NCBI GenBank assembly: GCA_049694315.1
Contig: JBAVQU010000021.1
Location: 20,372-84,371 of the forward strand
DNA length: 64,000 bases
From: Candidatus Zixiibacteriota bacterium
GTDB lineage: Bacteria; Zixibacteria; MSB-5A5; SM1-73
Reading direction: 5' to 3'
Under the pieces are notes generated by a model. That model had not been told where the DNA came from, made no database searches, and was given only the letters and a program-made list of their open reading frames with translations. The position numbers and the translations under genes were made by a program. This document shows positions 27,459 to 37,435 of the stretch, piece by piece (within the stretch, counting starts at the first letter, position 1; each line of letters starts with the position of its first letter).

Positions 27459-28772
27459 TCAGTCCCTCTTCTTTATCTTAATCCTGATCGGATTTCCCAA
27501 GAATCCAAAATGCTCCCGGATTTTGTTCTCCAAGTACTTCAAATATGGCTTTTGCAGAAGCTCCGGATGGTTGCAGAAGAACACGAAGGTAGGAGGTTGG
27601 ATGCCGGTTTGCGTGACGTAATATATCTTGACATATCGTCCTTTGACCGAAGCCGGAGGCTTAGCTTTTATGTCCTTTTCCAGCTTCTGATTCAACTGGC
27701 TGGTCTCTATTCTCTTTTTCCTTTCATTGTAAACCTGCAAGACCAAGTTCATAACCGTCCGTACTCTTTGCTTGGTCTTGGCTGAGATATAAATAAGCGG
27801 CACGAATCTGAGCAGCGGCGCTTCTTGCCTCAAGGTCTTGGTATAAAGATCTGCCGTCTTACCGTCTTTCTCCAAGAGATCCCATTTGTTCACGGCTATC
27901 ACCATTCCTTTTCGCAGATCAAAAACTTCCCGGGCGATTTTGACATCCTGGCTTAAAAGTCCCACCTGAGCCTCGGTCAGAATCAGGGCCACGTCGCATC
28001 TCTCGATCGATCTTAAGGTCCTCAGGGTGGTGTAGTATTCCAAACTCTCTGTGATTTTGGCCTTGCGCCGCAGGCCGGCGGTATCGATCAGGGTAAAGGA
28101 CCGACTGTCGATTTCGATTTCCGTGTCGATTGCATCTCTGGTGGTTCCCGGCGTTCCGGTAACGATCAGCTTTTCTTGACCTAAGAGGGCGTTGACGAAG
28201 GAGGATTTCCCTACGTTCGGTCTTCCGATCACCGCCACTTTGATGCTCTCCTTCTCCTCGGGGAGAGTGGACTCCTCCGGCAGACTCGAAGTCATCAGAT
28301 CCAGAAGGTCGCCGGTGTTTCTGCCGCTAATAGCGGAAACCAAGACGGCTTCCCCCAGACCCAGCCTATTCAACGAATAGGCCTCAGCCTCGTCCTTGGT
28401 CGTATCCACTTTGTTGGCTACCAGAAGAACTTGCTTTTTGGTCTTCCTTAACCGATGGGCTATCTCCAAATCCACCGACTGCGCCCCCACCTTTGCATCC
28501 ACCAGGAAAAGCACCATATCCGCTTCGGCAATGGCTATCTCTGCCTGAGCTTTCACCAATCTTTCGATTTCGGTATTACTGGAAGGTATGTATCCACCGG
28601 TGTCAATCACATAAAACCCCTTTCCATTCCATGTGGTAAAGGCGTAGTTCCGGTCTCGGGTGATTCCCGGCTGGTCATCCACCACCGCAATGCGCTTCTT
28701 CAAGAGGCGGTTGAACAGCGTGGATTTTCCTACATTCGGCCTGCCGATTATGGCAACGATGGGAACGGACAT
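27459..28772 (-). CDS. der: Ribosome-biogenesis GTPase Der (EngA), with two GTPase domains and a KH-like domain
   Basis: Reads IVAIIGRPNVGKSTLFNRL...DTGG and, in the second G domain, KVAVIGRPNVGKSSFVNAL...DTAG. Confidence 0.9.
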   Translation of the reverse strand: MSVPIVAIIGRPNVGKSTLFNRLLKKRIAVVDDQPGITRDRNYAFTTWNGKGFYVIDTGGYIPSSNTEIERLVKAQAEIAIAEADMVLFLVDAKVGAQSVDLEIAHRLRKTKKQVLLVANKVDTTKDEAEAYSLNRLGLGEAVLVSAISGRNTGDLLDLMTSSLPEESTLPEEKESIKVAVIGRPNVGKSSFVNALLGQEKLIVTGTPGTTRDAIDTEIEIDSRSFTLIDTAGLRRKAKITESLEYYTTLRTLRSIERCDVALILTEAQVGLLSQDVKIAREVFDLRKGMVIAVNKWDLLEKDGKTADLYTKTLRQEAPLLRFVPLIYISAKTKQRVRTVMNLVLQVYNERKKRIETSQLNQKLEKDIKAKPPASVKGRYVKIYYVTQTGIQPPTFVFFCNHPELLQKPYLKYLENKIREHFGFLGNPIRIKIKKRD

Positions 28773-28921
28773 GACCTCAACTGATCTTTGAGAGGGTTAT
28801 CTTTACCTTCTGCCCTTTAATGCATGGCTGATCTATATTAAGACGTCAGTCGTTGAAAAGCAACAAAAAAACCGCCAAACCAGTTTCCTGATTCGGCGGT
28901 TCAAACTAAACGAAGTCATCA

Positions 28922-31900
28922 CTATGGGCAGTGGCAACATGGAGGTGGTCCACCTTTGAACAGATAGTTAACGAGGTAGACCACATCGCCAGCATCGACA
29001 ACTCCATTACAAGTGACATCACCCATCCATAAGGGATTCGGAGCAGGACCGCCCTTAAAGAGATAGTTTATCAGGTATACTATATCTCCAGCATCGACGA
29101 TCCCGTTCCCAGTGCAATCACCACTAAGAGCAACCAGCGCACCAATCAAGCCACAGTGGGCTGAGTTAAGAGGTTCACAAGGTGAACCGTGCTGAATATA
29201 ATAGTCACCAGATATAGTTGGCGCACTGTTGCATGATATTGGGTGACAGAACAGGGGATCTGCGGAGATGCTTAATGATTCTTCTGGACAACCGGGACTA
29301 ATGAAAACACACAACTCCCCAAAACCAGAAGCATCCACGTCAGAACAACAGTTACTTGGAATGCTACCATCACAATACCACTCATTTCCATCTACCGAAC
29401 TCGTCGCGCAGTTACCCCAAACTATCGATCTCGTCAAATATGGGTTGCTAGTGTCTAATTGAGAGATTCCGCCACCTCGATTGGCCTTGTTCCCACTAAT
29501 CGTGCAACTGACAATCGTCGGTGAAGAGTTGTTACTGCAGTATATCCCACCACCATCGCCACCATAAGCTTTATTACCGGTGATTACACATTGAATAATC
29601 GTTGGAGAAGCATTGTTATAGCATGCTATTCCACCTCCGTCTGTCGCTCCATTTCCAAGAATCTTGCAGTTTTTAATTGTAGGCGAGGTATCCACACATA
29701 GGATACCGCCACCACGCTGATTCTGGTCAGTCCTCCCATTTATGATAGTGACACCCTCCACAAGTGACCCGGAGCCTTCCTGTGAGTGAAAGAAAAAACC
29801 ACGGTGCGGGATATCAATGTCAACATTAAACGTGTTACGCGAGCAATCTAAAGTACATGCATCAGCCCCGTGCTGCGAACGCACGATAATAGGCTTCGCT
29901 TGGAAAGTAATATCTCTGTTACCATCGCCCCAGAAAGTCCCATCCATAAGCAGAACAGTGTCACAATTACTGGCGGAATCAATCGCGGCTTGAATCGTGG
30001 GGACGTCTCCTGTATGGTCTGGCTTAACGACCCATTTTCGACATACAACTATCGTATCGTAATCATAATAGAAAGGACCCTGTTCAGAAAGCGCTGCTCT
30101 AACAGTAAAGGGGAAAACTCCTGTTTTGGTTGGTGTTCCTGAGATTATGCCAGTGGTATTCTCTAAAGATAACCCATCAGGTAGCTGACCTTCCACGACC
30201 CCGAGTGATGCATTACTAGAACATACGAACACTACGGTGTCCTGATATTGGTAACCGATAACCCCATTTGTTAATGGATTATGGACAAAATGGCACTCGG
30301 TAACCTCGCCCAGAAGCCAATCCAGGCAGATATCTGCTCTGAGAGGAGGTGACGTAAGTGAAGTTTCAAGAACGAAATTTTGATCTCTCTGGTCGTTAAA
30401 AACAGTGAGAGTTTCCTTTGCTACCCCATCGTCCAAGATAATGTCAATAGGCATATGGTAGACTTCAGGAACATAAGGATCTATTGAAGGAGTTTGAGTC
30501 TGTTTAAGATTAAGGAAGATCTTACCGTCGTCTCTGACAAAGAACCAGGACTCGTACACCGGATGATAGTCACTATATATCCATTCATGGAAAAAAGTAT
30601 TAAGACGTGTGTCACCCGTTACGTTAACACACACGTCTCGGAATTGTTCAGTGCTTGCATGGTTCCATTTGTAAGTACTCAAGTATTCGTGCAGAATATT
30701 ATAAAAAACTTGATTGCCTACCCAGTGCCTTAACATGTGAAGCACCCAAGATCCCTTATTGTAAACTCTATGGAGAATTTCCTCGGTAACATTTCCAACA
30801 TATCCATTCTCCAGGTATACTGATCCATGTCCCAAGTAGCGATACCGGTCGATATACCGGAACATTGCATTCAAACCATATTTTTTTCAACCCATATACA
30901 CTCTGAATATCTTGCAAAACCCTCATTGATCCAGAAATGGTTCCATGTGGAACAGGTTACACAATTACCCCACCATGAGTGAGATAGTTCATGGCTCAGT
31001 GGAGTTTGACCATACTGAGTATCGCAAATTGCAGTAATAGTCGGATACTCCATTGCTCCGAGTCTTATTGGAACCTGCATCATCCCGTATTTCTCCATTA
31101 CATATGGTGGGTAGATGCCTGAGTAAGGGTAGGCACCGAAACAGGTTTCGAAAGTATCCAACATTTCCACGACCTTAGGAAAGGAATCCCTTGCGGTAGC
31201 AACATTCTCAGGATAAACATAGAACCATATAGGCATAGTACCGTTTCCACTCTGCAAAATATAAGAAGTATCTAGTCTGACATAATTGGTACAGCCAATA
31301 CCCACTTGGTAGGTCGCAATCGGATAATGCTCTCTCCAATAGCTTGTTTCTCTTCCTCCACTGACGAACTCCATATTGAGTGTTCCGTTTGAAGCACATC
31401 TAAAGTTGTCAGGATAGGTCACCGTCATATAGATAGAGTCTGCTTTGTCCTCCACGCGGTCCTTACATGGCCACCAACGTCGGGCATAAACAGGTTCTGA
31501 CATGTTATAACAGATATCAGTCCTTGCATGAGCACCAAAAATGAATCCAAGCTGAGTCAAAGCGTAACCCGGTTTTCCATGGTAATAGACCGTGACTCTG
31601 AATGTGTCGTTATAATTGTATGTTTGGGGTTGGAAACTGATATCTACAAATGAATCCACTTGGGTACCCGTTGGATTAGCTATCCCCACGACTTTTACTG
31701 AATCGACGTGCATGTAATGGAAGGGATCATAGTCATATCTGTACAAGTCTAGCCTAATAAATGACAGTCCGTTTATTAGGCTTCGTCCTTCTAAATAAAC
31801 CGATCCGTCAATTGCTGAGTTATCAAAGTCCAAATTAAGATTGATTCGATAGAAAAGAGCGTCCCAGTCATCTTGGGAGCTATGATGGTCGCTCAAAACG

Positions 31901-31983
31901 GTGTCTGACGCATTCGCGACATAAGCTGGGAAGATTGAGCCTGCAAATAGCATTAGGCTTGTAATTAAGACCACAGATTTCAT
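28922..31983 (-). pseudogene. Secreted multidomain protein of about 1000 aa with an M1 metallopeptidase domain, parallel beta-helix repeats and C-terminal dockerin-like repeats. It is interrupted by a -1 frameshift in a T7/A7 homopolymer at 30881-30887.
   Basis: Has a signal peptide (MKSVVLITSLMLFAGSIFPAYVANA), a GAMEY motif and HELSHSWWGN-x18-E (the M1 HEXXH-E). After the frame break come Y..KG (VYNKGSW), tandem G-rich beta-helix repeats (GNGATDGGGIACYNNASPTI...) and two dockerin-like repeats (CTGNGIVDAGDIVYLINYLFKGG / CNGVVDAGDVVYLVNYLFKGG). Adding one A fuses the two ORFs as ...WVEKKYGLNAMFRY. Confidence 0.6.
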
Positions 31984-32641
31984 GACAACCTCCCTGTGTG
32001 GTTTGAGACCTGTTCAAGAATTTGATTCTGTATGTGTATTCTAAGTTCATTCCCCGTCATCCGCAAAGCAACCCCTGTTATTGCAAGACCCTAAAAGAGC
32101 ACTTATCCGATTCCGAGTTAACTCATACACCCCCTTGTTCCATAACACGTTATATATGCCCATAAGCAACTCTTCTTTCTGTAGAATTTGACTCCTCGAG
32201 TGATCACTGCTAGGGACAACCCCAATGACTACCCTAAAAAAAACAAATACACATTTCTTAACCGTCGGATATACCTATTGCATCATCTAGAAAGCAATAC
32301 AAATGATGCTCTAATTAGGAAGCAAAGATCCGATCCTTAGATGCTAATCGCAAATCGTTCCATATTTTTGATTCTGCTCTAATATAATGCTCTTGAGCGA
32401 TTTGTCAAGAGGTTTGTCCCGATTTTTCTTAACTATTTTAGGAAAGTGTTGGAGAGACGGCAATAGGCTGAACCCGCTCAAACAAACTCTTTGCTTTGCA
32501 AGGAGTTAACAGGGGGGCACAAACGCTTATATAAACTAATGACGGGTGAGGTTAGCTTCTGGGAAGTCTTCTTCAGGTCTTTCTAAGTTCATCTTAAGAT
32601 AGCATTCGAACGGAGAATGGTATGATCCAGCCTATCTCTTT

Positions 32642-33949
32642 CTAATGTTCTGATTTCCGCATGTCAAATATTTTCCTTAAACTCCCTACCAGATCATACG
32701 ACCCCACTATCACTTGCCGATCCAATTCCCTTTCCAAATCGGCAGGCTCTAGATCATCTAAGAACAGTCCATCTTCATTCAGGCAGTTGGGCGGAAGAAG
32801 GATCACTTGGCCTAAGTTCTTCCTTTTGTTTAGAGCATTCACAATATCCACGCCGGTCAATAGTCCGGTCACGGTCACACTGTGTCCAAAGAAGTTATTT
32901 TTCACGACCACCGGTCGAATCTTAAAACCAGATATTGAATTTAATTTTTCTTCGACGATCTGTTTGATCAGCCTAAAGGCTGATACTCCTGTCACCATGG
33001 TGATGGTTAGGCTTTTCTTTAGCTTATCCGGCAAGAGTTTTTGTTTTGACTCAAACTGGTCGATGAATTGCTTTGCCATTCCCACCCCGTTTTCGATCTG
33101 ATGAAATTCATCATAATATTCCGTCTCGGGAAAGTCAACTCCTCCTTTCGCGAAGAACTCGTCTGCTGCGTAAACAAAACCGCAGTTCCACCTTTCCCTG
33201 AAGGATTTTTGCCACTTCTCGACGAGCCGAATTACTCTCCTTGAATACGTCTTGTCTATCGGTCGTATCTTGGGCAGCTTCTCCCTGAATTTCGTCAAGC
33301 CCACCGGCACCAGTGCCAATGATTTCACAAAAGGATAATAGGCCGATAGTTCCCTCACCGACCTTTCCAGTTGCGGACCATCGTTGATTCCCGGACACAA
33401 TACGATCTGAGTATGCATCTCTATCCGCCCTTCGGCCAATCTTCTTATCAGGGGCATGATTTCGGGAATTCTGTCATTGGACACCATCTTCTTACGCAAC
33501 TCTTCATCCGTAACGTGAACCGATATGTACAGCGGGCTAAGTCGCTGTCTTATAATACGATCGACGTCACCATCTGAAGTATTGGTTAACGTCACGAAAT
33601 TACCGTGCAGGAAGGATAGGCGGAAATCCTCGTCCTTAAAGTAAAGGGCTTTCCTCAAGCCCTTGGGAAGCTGGTGAACGAAACAAAAGATGCAGTTGTT
33701 GGCACACCTTCTGTATCTGGTCTCGCAGAACTCAAGCCCCAAATCCTCATCCGGCTGCTTTCTCACGGAGACCAGCACGATTCTGTCATTCTTGGTCATG
33801 AGTTTCAGTTTCAAGCGGTGATCTGATGAAAAGAACTTATAATCGATCACGTCGTTGACCGGATGGCCGTTGATCTCCAGAATCGCATCACCCACCGAGA
33901 TGTCATAACGGGAGGCAACGCTATCATTGGCTATTGATTTGATCTTCAT
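32642..33949 (-). CDS. PDZ-domain radical SAM protein (DUF512-type)
   Basis: Has an N-terminal PDZ-like region (ISVGDAILEINGHPVNDVIDY) and a radical SAM cluster motif CANNCIFC (CxxxCxxC). Confidence 0.65.
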   Translation of the reverse strand: MKIKSIANDSVASRYDISVGDAILEINGHPVNDVIDYKFFSSDHRLKLKLMTKNDRIVLVSVRKQPDEDLGLEFCETRYRRCANNCIFCFVHQLPKGLRKALYFKDEDFRLSFLHGNFVTLTNTSDGDVDRIIRQRLSPLYISVHVTDEELRKKMVSNDRIPEIMPLIRRLAEGRIEMHTQIVLCPGINDGPQLERSVRELSAYYPFVKSLALVPVGLTKFREKLPKIRPIDKTYSRRVIRLVEKWQKSFRERWNCGFVYAADEFFAKGGVDFPETEYYDEFHQIENGVGMAKQFIDQFESKQKLLPDKLKKSLTITMVTGVSAFRLIKQIVEEKLNSISGFKIRPVVVKNNFFGHSVTVTGLLTGVDIVNALNKRKNLGQVILLPPNCLNEDGLFLDDLEPADLERELDRQVIVGSYDLVGSLRKIFDMRKSEH

Positions 33950-33979
33950 CCGGAGTGAAAAGGTGTTTGGAGAAGAATA

Positions 33980-34537
33980 TTATCTTCCAGTCGTATCAAG
34001 TCGATATTGAGCTATAAACATCCGCAGATACTGAACGCCACAGTTCACCACCGAGAGAGTCGCCAGGATCAGCAGCCACTGTTGGAGAAAGTGAATCCGA
34101 AAGATATAGACGATCACCGTAATCGCCCAAATCCACGAATTCGACTTCCCCCAAATGTTCGACACCGGAAGAGTCCGCTTTTTTCTGACCAGGGCAGCAC
34201 CCGCGGCCAAAGTCAATATGTCCTTCAAGAAAAGCAGGAAAGCCGCCCAAAGAGGAAACCCGCGATAGACTAGGACAAAGATCACCGATATCCCCAGACC
34301 CAGCTTGTCTGCCAGCGGGTCCAGAAGCTTTCCCAGATCGGTGACCTGATTTAGCCTTCTGGCCAAGTAACCATCCAGAACGTCGGAGCCTACCGCCAGT
34401 ATTATCAAGATAATGGCGGCGATCAAACCTGACTGCGTGCCTTGCGCCAAAAAGAAAAAGATGAACGGCAGAAGCAAAATCCGGAAGATCGCCAAAAGAT
34501 TGGGAAGAAGGAAGAAATCTCTTTTAGTTATGATCAT
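33980..34537 (-). CDS. pgsA: CDP-diacylglycerol--glycerol-3-phosphate 3-phosphatidyltransferase, of the CDP-alcohol phosphatidyltransferase family
   Basis: Carries DVLDGYLARRLNQVTDLGKLLDPLADKL, the D-G-x2-A-R...G-x3-D-x3-D motif. The start is taken at MIITKRDFFLLPNLL. Confidence 0.75.
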   Translation of the reverse strand: MIITKRDFFLLPNLLAIFRILLLPFIFFFLAQGTQSGLIAAIILIILAVGSDVLDGYLARRLNQVTDLGKLLDPLADKLGLGISVIFVLVYRGFPLWAAFLLFLKDILTLAAGAALVRKKRTLPVSNIWGKSNSWIWAITVIVYIFRIHFLQQWLLILATLSVVNCGVQYLRMFIAQYRLDTTGR

Positions 34538-34618
34538 GTTGTCGTCGCTGACGATCCTATTTCCTGAGGTCCAAAGGAAGCTTGGTTGCGGTCGAGCTAA
34601 TATCAAAGCACTGTCGGT

Positions 34619-36343
34619 TCAATTAGCGCGTGAGTCATTGGGGCTGGCGGTTCGGATCATCTCTTTTGCCTGCCTCAGGGTTACCTGGCTCACTTTCTCT
34701 CCGGAGATCATCCGGGCTATCTCGTTGATCCTCTCTTCTCTTTCCAATCTCTTTATTCTGGTTACGGTTCGGCCCTTCAGGCTTTCCTTGAATACCTTGT
34801 AATGGTGGTCTGCCTGCGAGGCAATCTGTTGGAGATGGGTTATCACCATCACCTGCCGTGAGGAAGCTAGATCCTTCAGGCTTTTGCCGACGGCGGAAGC
34901 CACCTCGCCACCAATGCCCACGTCGATCTCGTCGAAAATAAGAGTCTGTATCCGATCCGATTTGGCCAGGATGGATTTCAACGCCAGCATCACCCGGGAG
35001 ATCTCCCCTCCGGAAGCAATTTTGGCTAAGGGCTTGAGTTCCTCCCCGGGGTTGGGAGAGACAAAAAACTCCACTTGATCCATCCCCTTCTCGGACACGG
35101 CGAATCTCTTGCCATCCAGTTCTACCAGCCCATTTTGATCTTCCTGCTGAGCGATTCTTATTTCGACCTTGGTCTGGTCCATCCCCAAACCGGCCAACGC
35201 CTTCTGAATTCTTCCGGAAAGCTCGGAGGCCTTGGCTTTCCTCCTTTGGGAAAGATGACTGCACGCCTTCTGAAGTATCTTGGAGCATTGGTTTATTTCG
35301 TTCGTTAAGCTTTTTAGGATTTCGTCCCTATTCTCCATTCGCAGCATTTCATTCTCAATCTGAGCTTTGTAACTTGAGATTTCTTCCAAGCTCTTCCCAT
35401 ACTTCCTTTTCAACGTATTAAGTAGATTCAGCCTCTCCCTTATCGTCTCCAGCCTTTCCGGATCGAATTCCAGCCGACTCCGGTAATCCTCCATGAATCT
35501 GGACATTTCCTGAAGCTTGATCACGCACGATTCCAAGGTCTCATCCGGTTCCTTCAAGCGCGAATCTATCCCCTCTCCCCTCTTCATCTCCCTGGAAAGC
35601 AAGGTCAGCTTCCGCAAAAGCGAGTCCTCGCTCTCATAGAGCTGGTGATAAAGGTTGCCGGACAGCTCAAAAAGACTCTCCACATTTTCCAGCACTTTTC
35701 TTTCCCCTACCAGCTTTTCTTCCTCGTCCGGGCTTAGTTGTGCTTTCTCGATTTCCTGTATCTGGAATTCGTAAAGCCTCCTTCTCTCTTCGTCCAGCTT
35801 GGTGCTGTGTTCCAGATCGTCCAGCTCCTTTTGCTTCTCTTTTAGAAGACGATAGGTTTCGCTCACCTCAGACAGGATTCCGTCCAGATCGCCATAATGA
35901 TCCAGATATTCAACGTGTCGCTCCACGTTCAGCAGCGACTGATGCTCGTGTTGTCCGTGCAGATCTGCCAATCTGTCTCCGATGGACTTGAGGCTGGCCT
36001 GCGTGATCAGCCGGTCGTTCACATAGCATCTGCTTTGTGCCTTGCTCGAGATTTCCCGGCGTATTATCAGCATATTCTCCTGAGGGACGATCCCCAGACC
36101 ACGCAGCAGGCTTTCCAGACTTCGATCGTCCGTCAGTTCGAAGACTGCCTCTATGCTGGCTGAGTCGAACCCGGTTCTGACCGCCTCACTGCTGGCCCTC
36201 TCCCCCAGGATCAAATTCACCGCACCAACGATAATGGACTTTCCTGCACCCGTGGCGCCGGTGATAACGTTGAGTCCGGGTCCGAACTCCACCTCCAGGT
36301 CCTCAACCAAGGCATAGTTTCTGATTCGAAGATTCTTCAGCAT
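34619..36343 (-). CDS. recN: DNA repair protein RecN
   Basis: Reads MLKNLRIRNYALVEDLEVEFGPGLNVITGATGAGKSI (Walker A), then a long coiled coil, then a C-terminal SMC-like motif. Confidence 0.9.
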   Translation of the reverse strand: MLKNLRIRNYALVEDLEVEFGPGLNVITGATGAGKSIIVGAVNLILGERASSEAVRTGFDSASIEAVFELTDDRSLESLLRGLGIVPQENMLIIRREISSKAQSRCYVNDRLITQASLKSIGDRLADLHGQHEHQSLLNVERHVEYLDHYGDLDGILSEVSETYRLLKEKQKELDDLEHSTKLDEERRRLYEFQIQEIEKAQLSPDEEEKLVGERKVLENVESLFELSGNLYHQLYESEDSLLRKLTLLSREMKRGEGIDSRLKEPDETLESCVIKLQEMSRFMEDYRSRLEFDPERLETIRERLNLLNTLKRKYGKSLEEISSYKAQIENEMLRMENRDEILKSLTNEINQCSKILQKACSHLSQRRKAKASELSGRIQKALAGLGMDQTKVEIRIAQQEDQNGLVELDGKRFAVSEKGMDQVEFFVSPNPGEELKPLAKIASGGEISRVMLALKSILAKSDRIQTLIFDEIDVGIGGEVASAVGKSLKDLASSRQVMVITHLQQIASQADHHYKVFKESLKGRTVTRIKRLEREERINEIARMISGEKVSQVTLRQAKEMIRTASPNDSRAN

Positions 36344-36436
36344 GGCACGAGTGCGGTACCTTACACTACGAAGGTCTGGACAATGTGCAGTAGCAGAAAC
36401 GGAAGTTCCTATGAGCTTTTGATCCCGGACCCAAAC

Positions 36437-37303
36437 TCATTCTCCGGTCTTCGGTCGGGCGCCCCAGTGCAATTTCCTTCTTAGGATTTCGTAGAATGAT
36501 CTATCTTTGAATTTGATTAAGTTTACGGAATGCTCGGCTTTTCGCACCAAAACTGAGCTGCCCGATTTTAGATTGAACGCCACCTGACCGTCAATGGTCA
36601 AAACCGCTTCCCGAGAATCAAGCTCCACTACTACCTTTAGGGTTTCGTTCTCGGAAAAGAGCATGGTGCGAGACGCTAAGGTGTGGGGGCAGATGGGCGA
36701 CACAATCATGGCGTTCATTTTCGGATTGATTATTGGTCCCCCCGCAGCCAGGCTGTAAGCGGTTGAGCCGGTGGGGGTGGAGATGATCAGACCATCGGCG
36801 GAATAAGAGCAGATGAAGTCATCTTCAGCGTAAAGGTGGAGGAGAAAAAGCCTGGCCACCTCTCCTTTGTCGATGACCACGTCATTTAGGGCGTACTGAT
36901 CGAATTTTTTAAGCCCTTCAATCTCTGTCTCCAAAACCATTCGCTTTTCAATGAAGTAATCTTCGGTCTTGAGCTTGTTTAAGGTATTCTGCAGATCGTT
37001 GGAGTTGATCTGGGTCAAGAAGCCCACTCCGCCTAAGTTTATGCCCAAAATCGGCGTCTGATGCTCTCCCACCGCCCTGGCTGAAGCCAGCATAGTCCCG
37101 TCTCCGCCCAGGGAGATCAATACGTCGCTTTCCTGCCACAGCTTATCTGACGGCATAGACGCCTCCCTCTGCCCCACCAGTGGCACCAGTTCCTCGCAAA
37201 CAAAGAACCGGACCCCGTTTTCGCCTGACCACCGAATAATTTCCTGCACCACTGCCTTGGTCAGCTCCTTTTTGACGTTAGCGATGATTCCTATGCTTTT
37301 CAT
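36437..37303 (-). CDS. nadK: NAD+ kinase
   Basis: Carries the GGDGTML motif, the NxGxxGFL region and the conserved DGxxxT-type motif. Confidence 0.85.
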   Translation of the reverse strand: MKSIGIIANVKKELTKAVVQEIIRWSGENGVRFFVCEELVPLVGQREASMPSDKLWQESDVLISLGGDGTMLASARAVGEHQTPILGINLGGVGFLTQINSNDLQNTLNKLKTEDYFIEKRMVLETEIEGLKKFDQYALNDVVIDKGEVARLFLLHLYAEDDFICSYSADGLIISTPTGSTAYSLAAGGPIINPKMNAMIVSPICPHTLASRTMLFSENETLKVVVELDSREAVLTIDGQVAFNLKSGSSVLVRKAEHSVNLIKFKDRSFYEILRRKLHWGARPKTGE

Positions 37304-37435
37304 TTCGGAATTCTCGGAAGACGAGATTTCGATTCTCTGACAGTTAGTCGGAAAACCATGACTGGAGTGCTCACCCTCGGGTGAGCCACAACGGCTGCCG
37401 TTGTGTCGTACCCGGTCGCGGGTGAATCCGAACCT

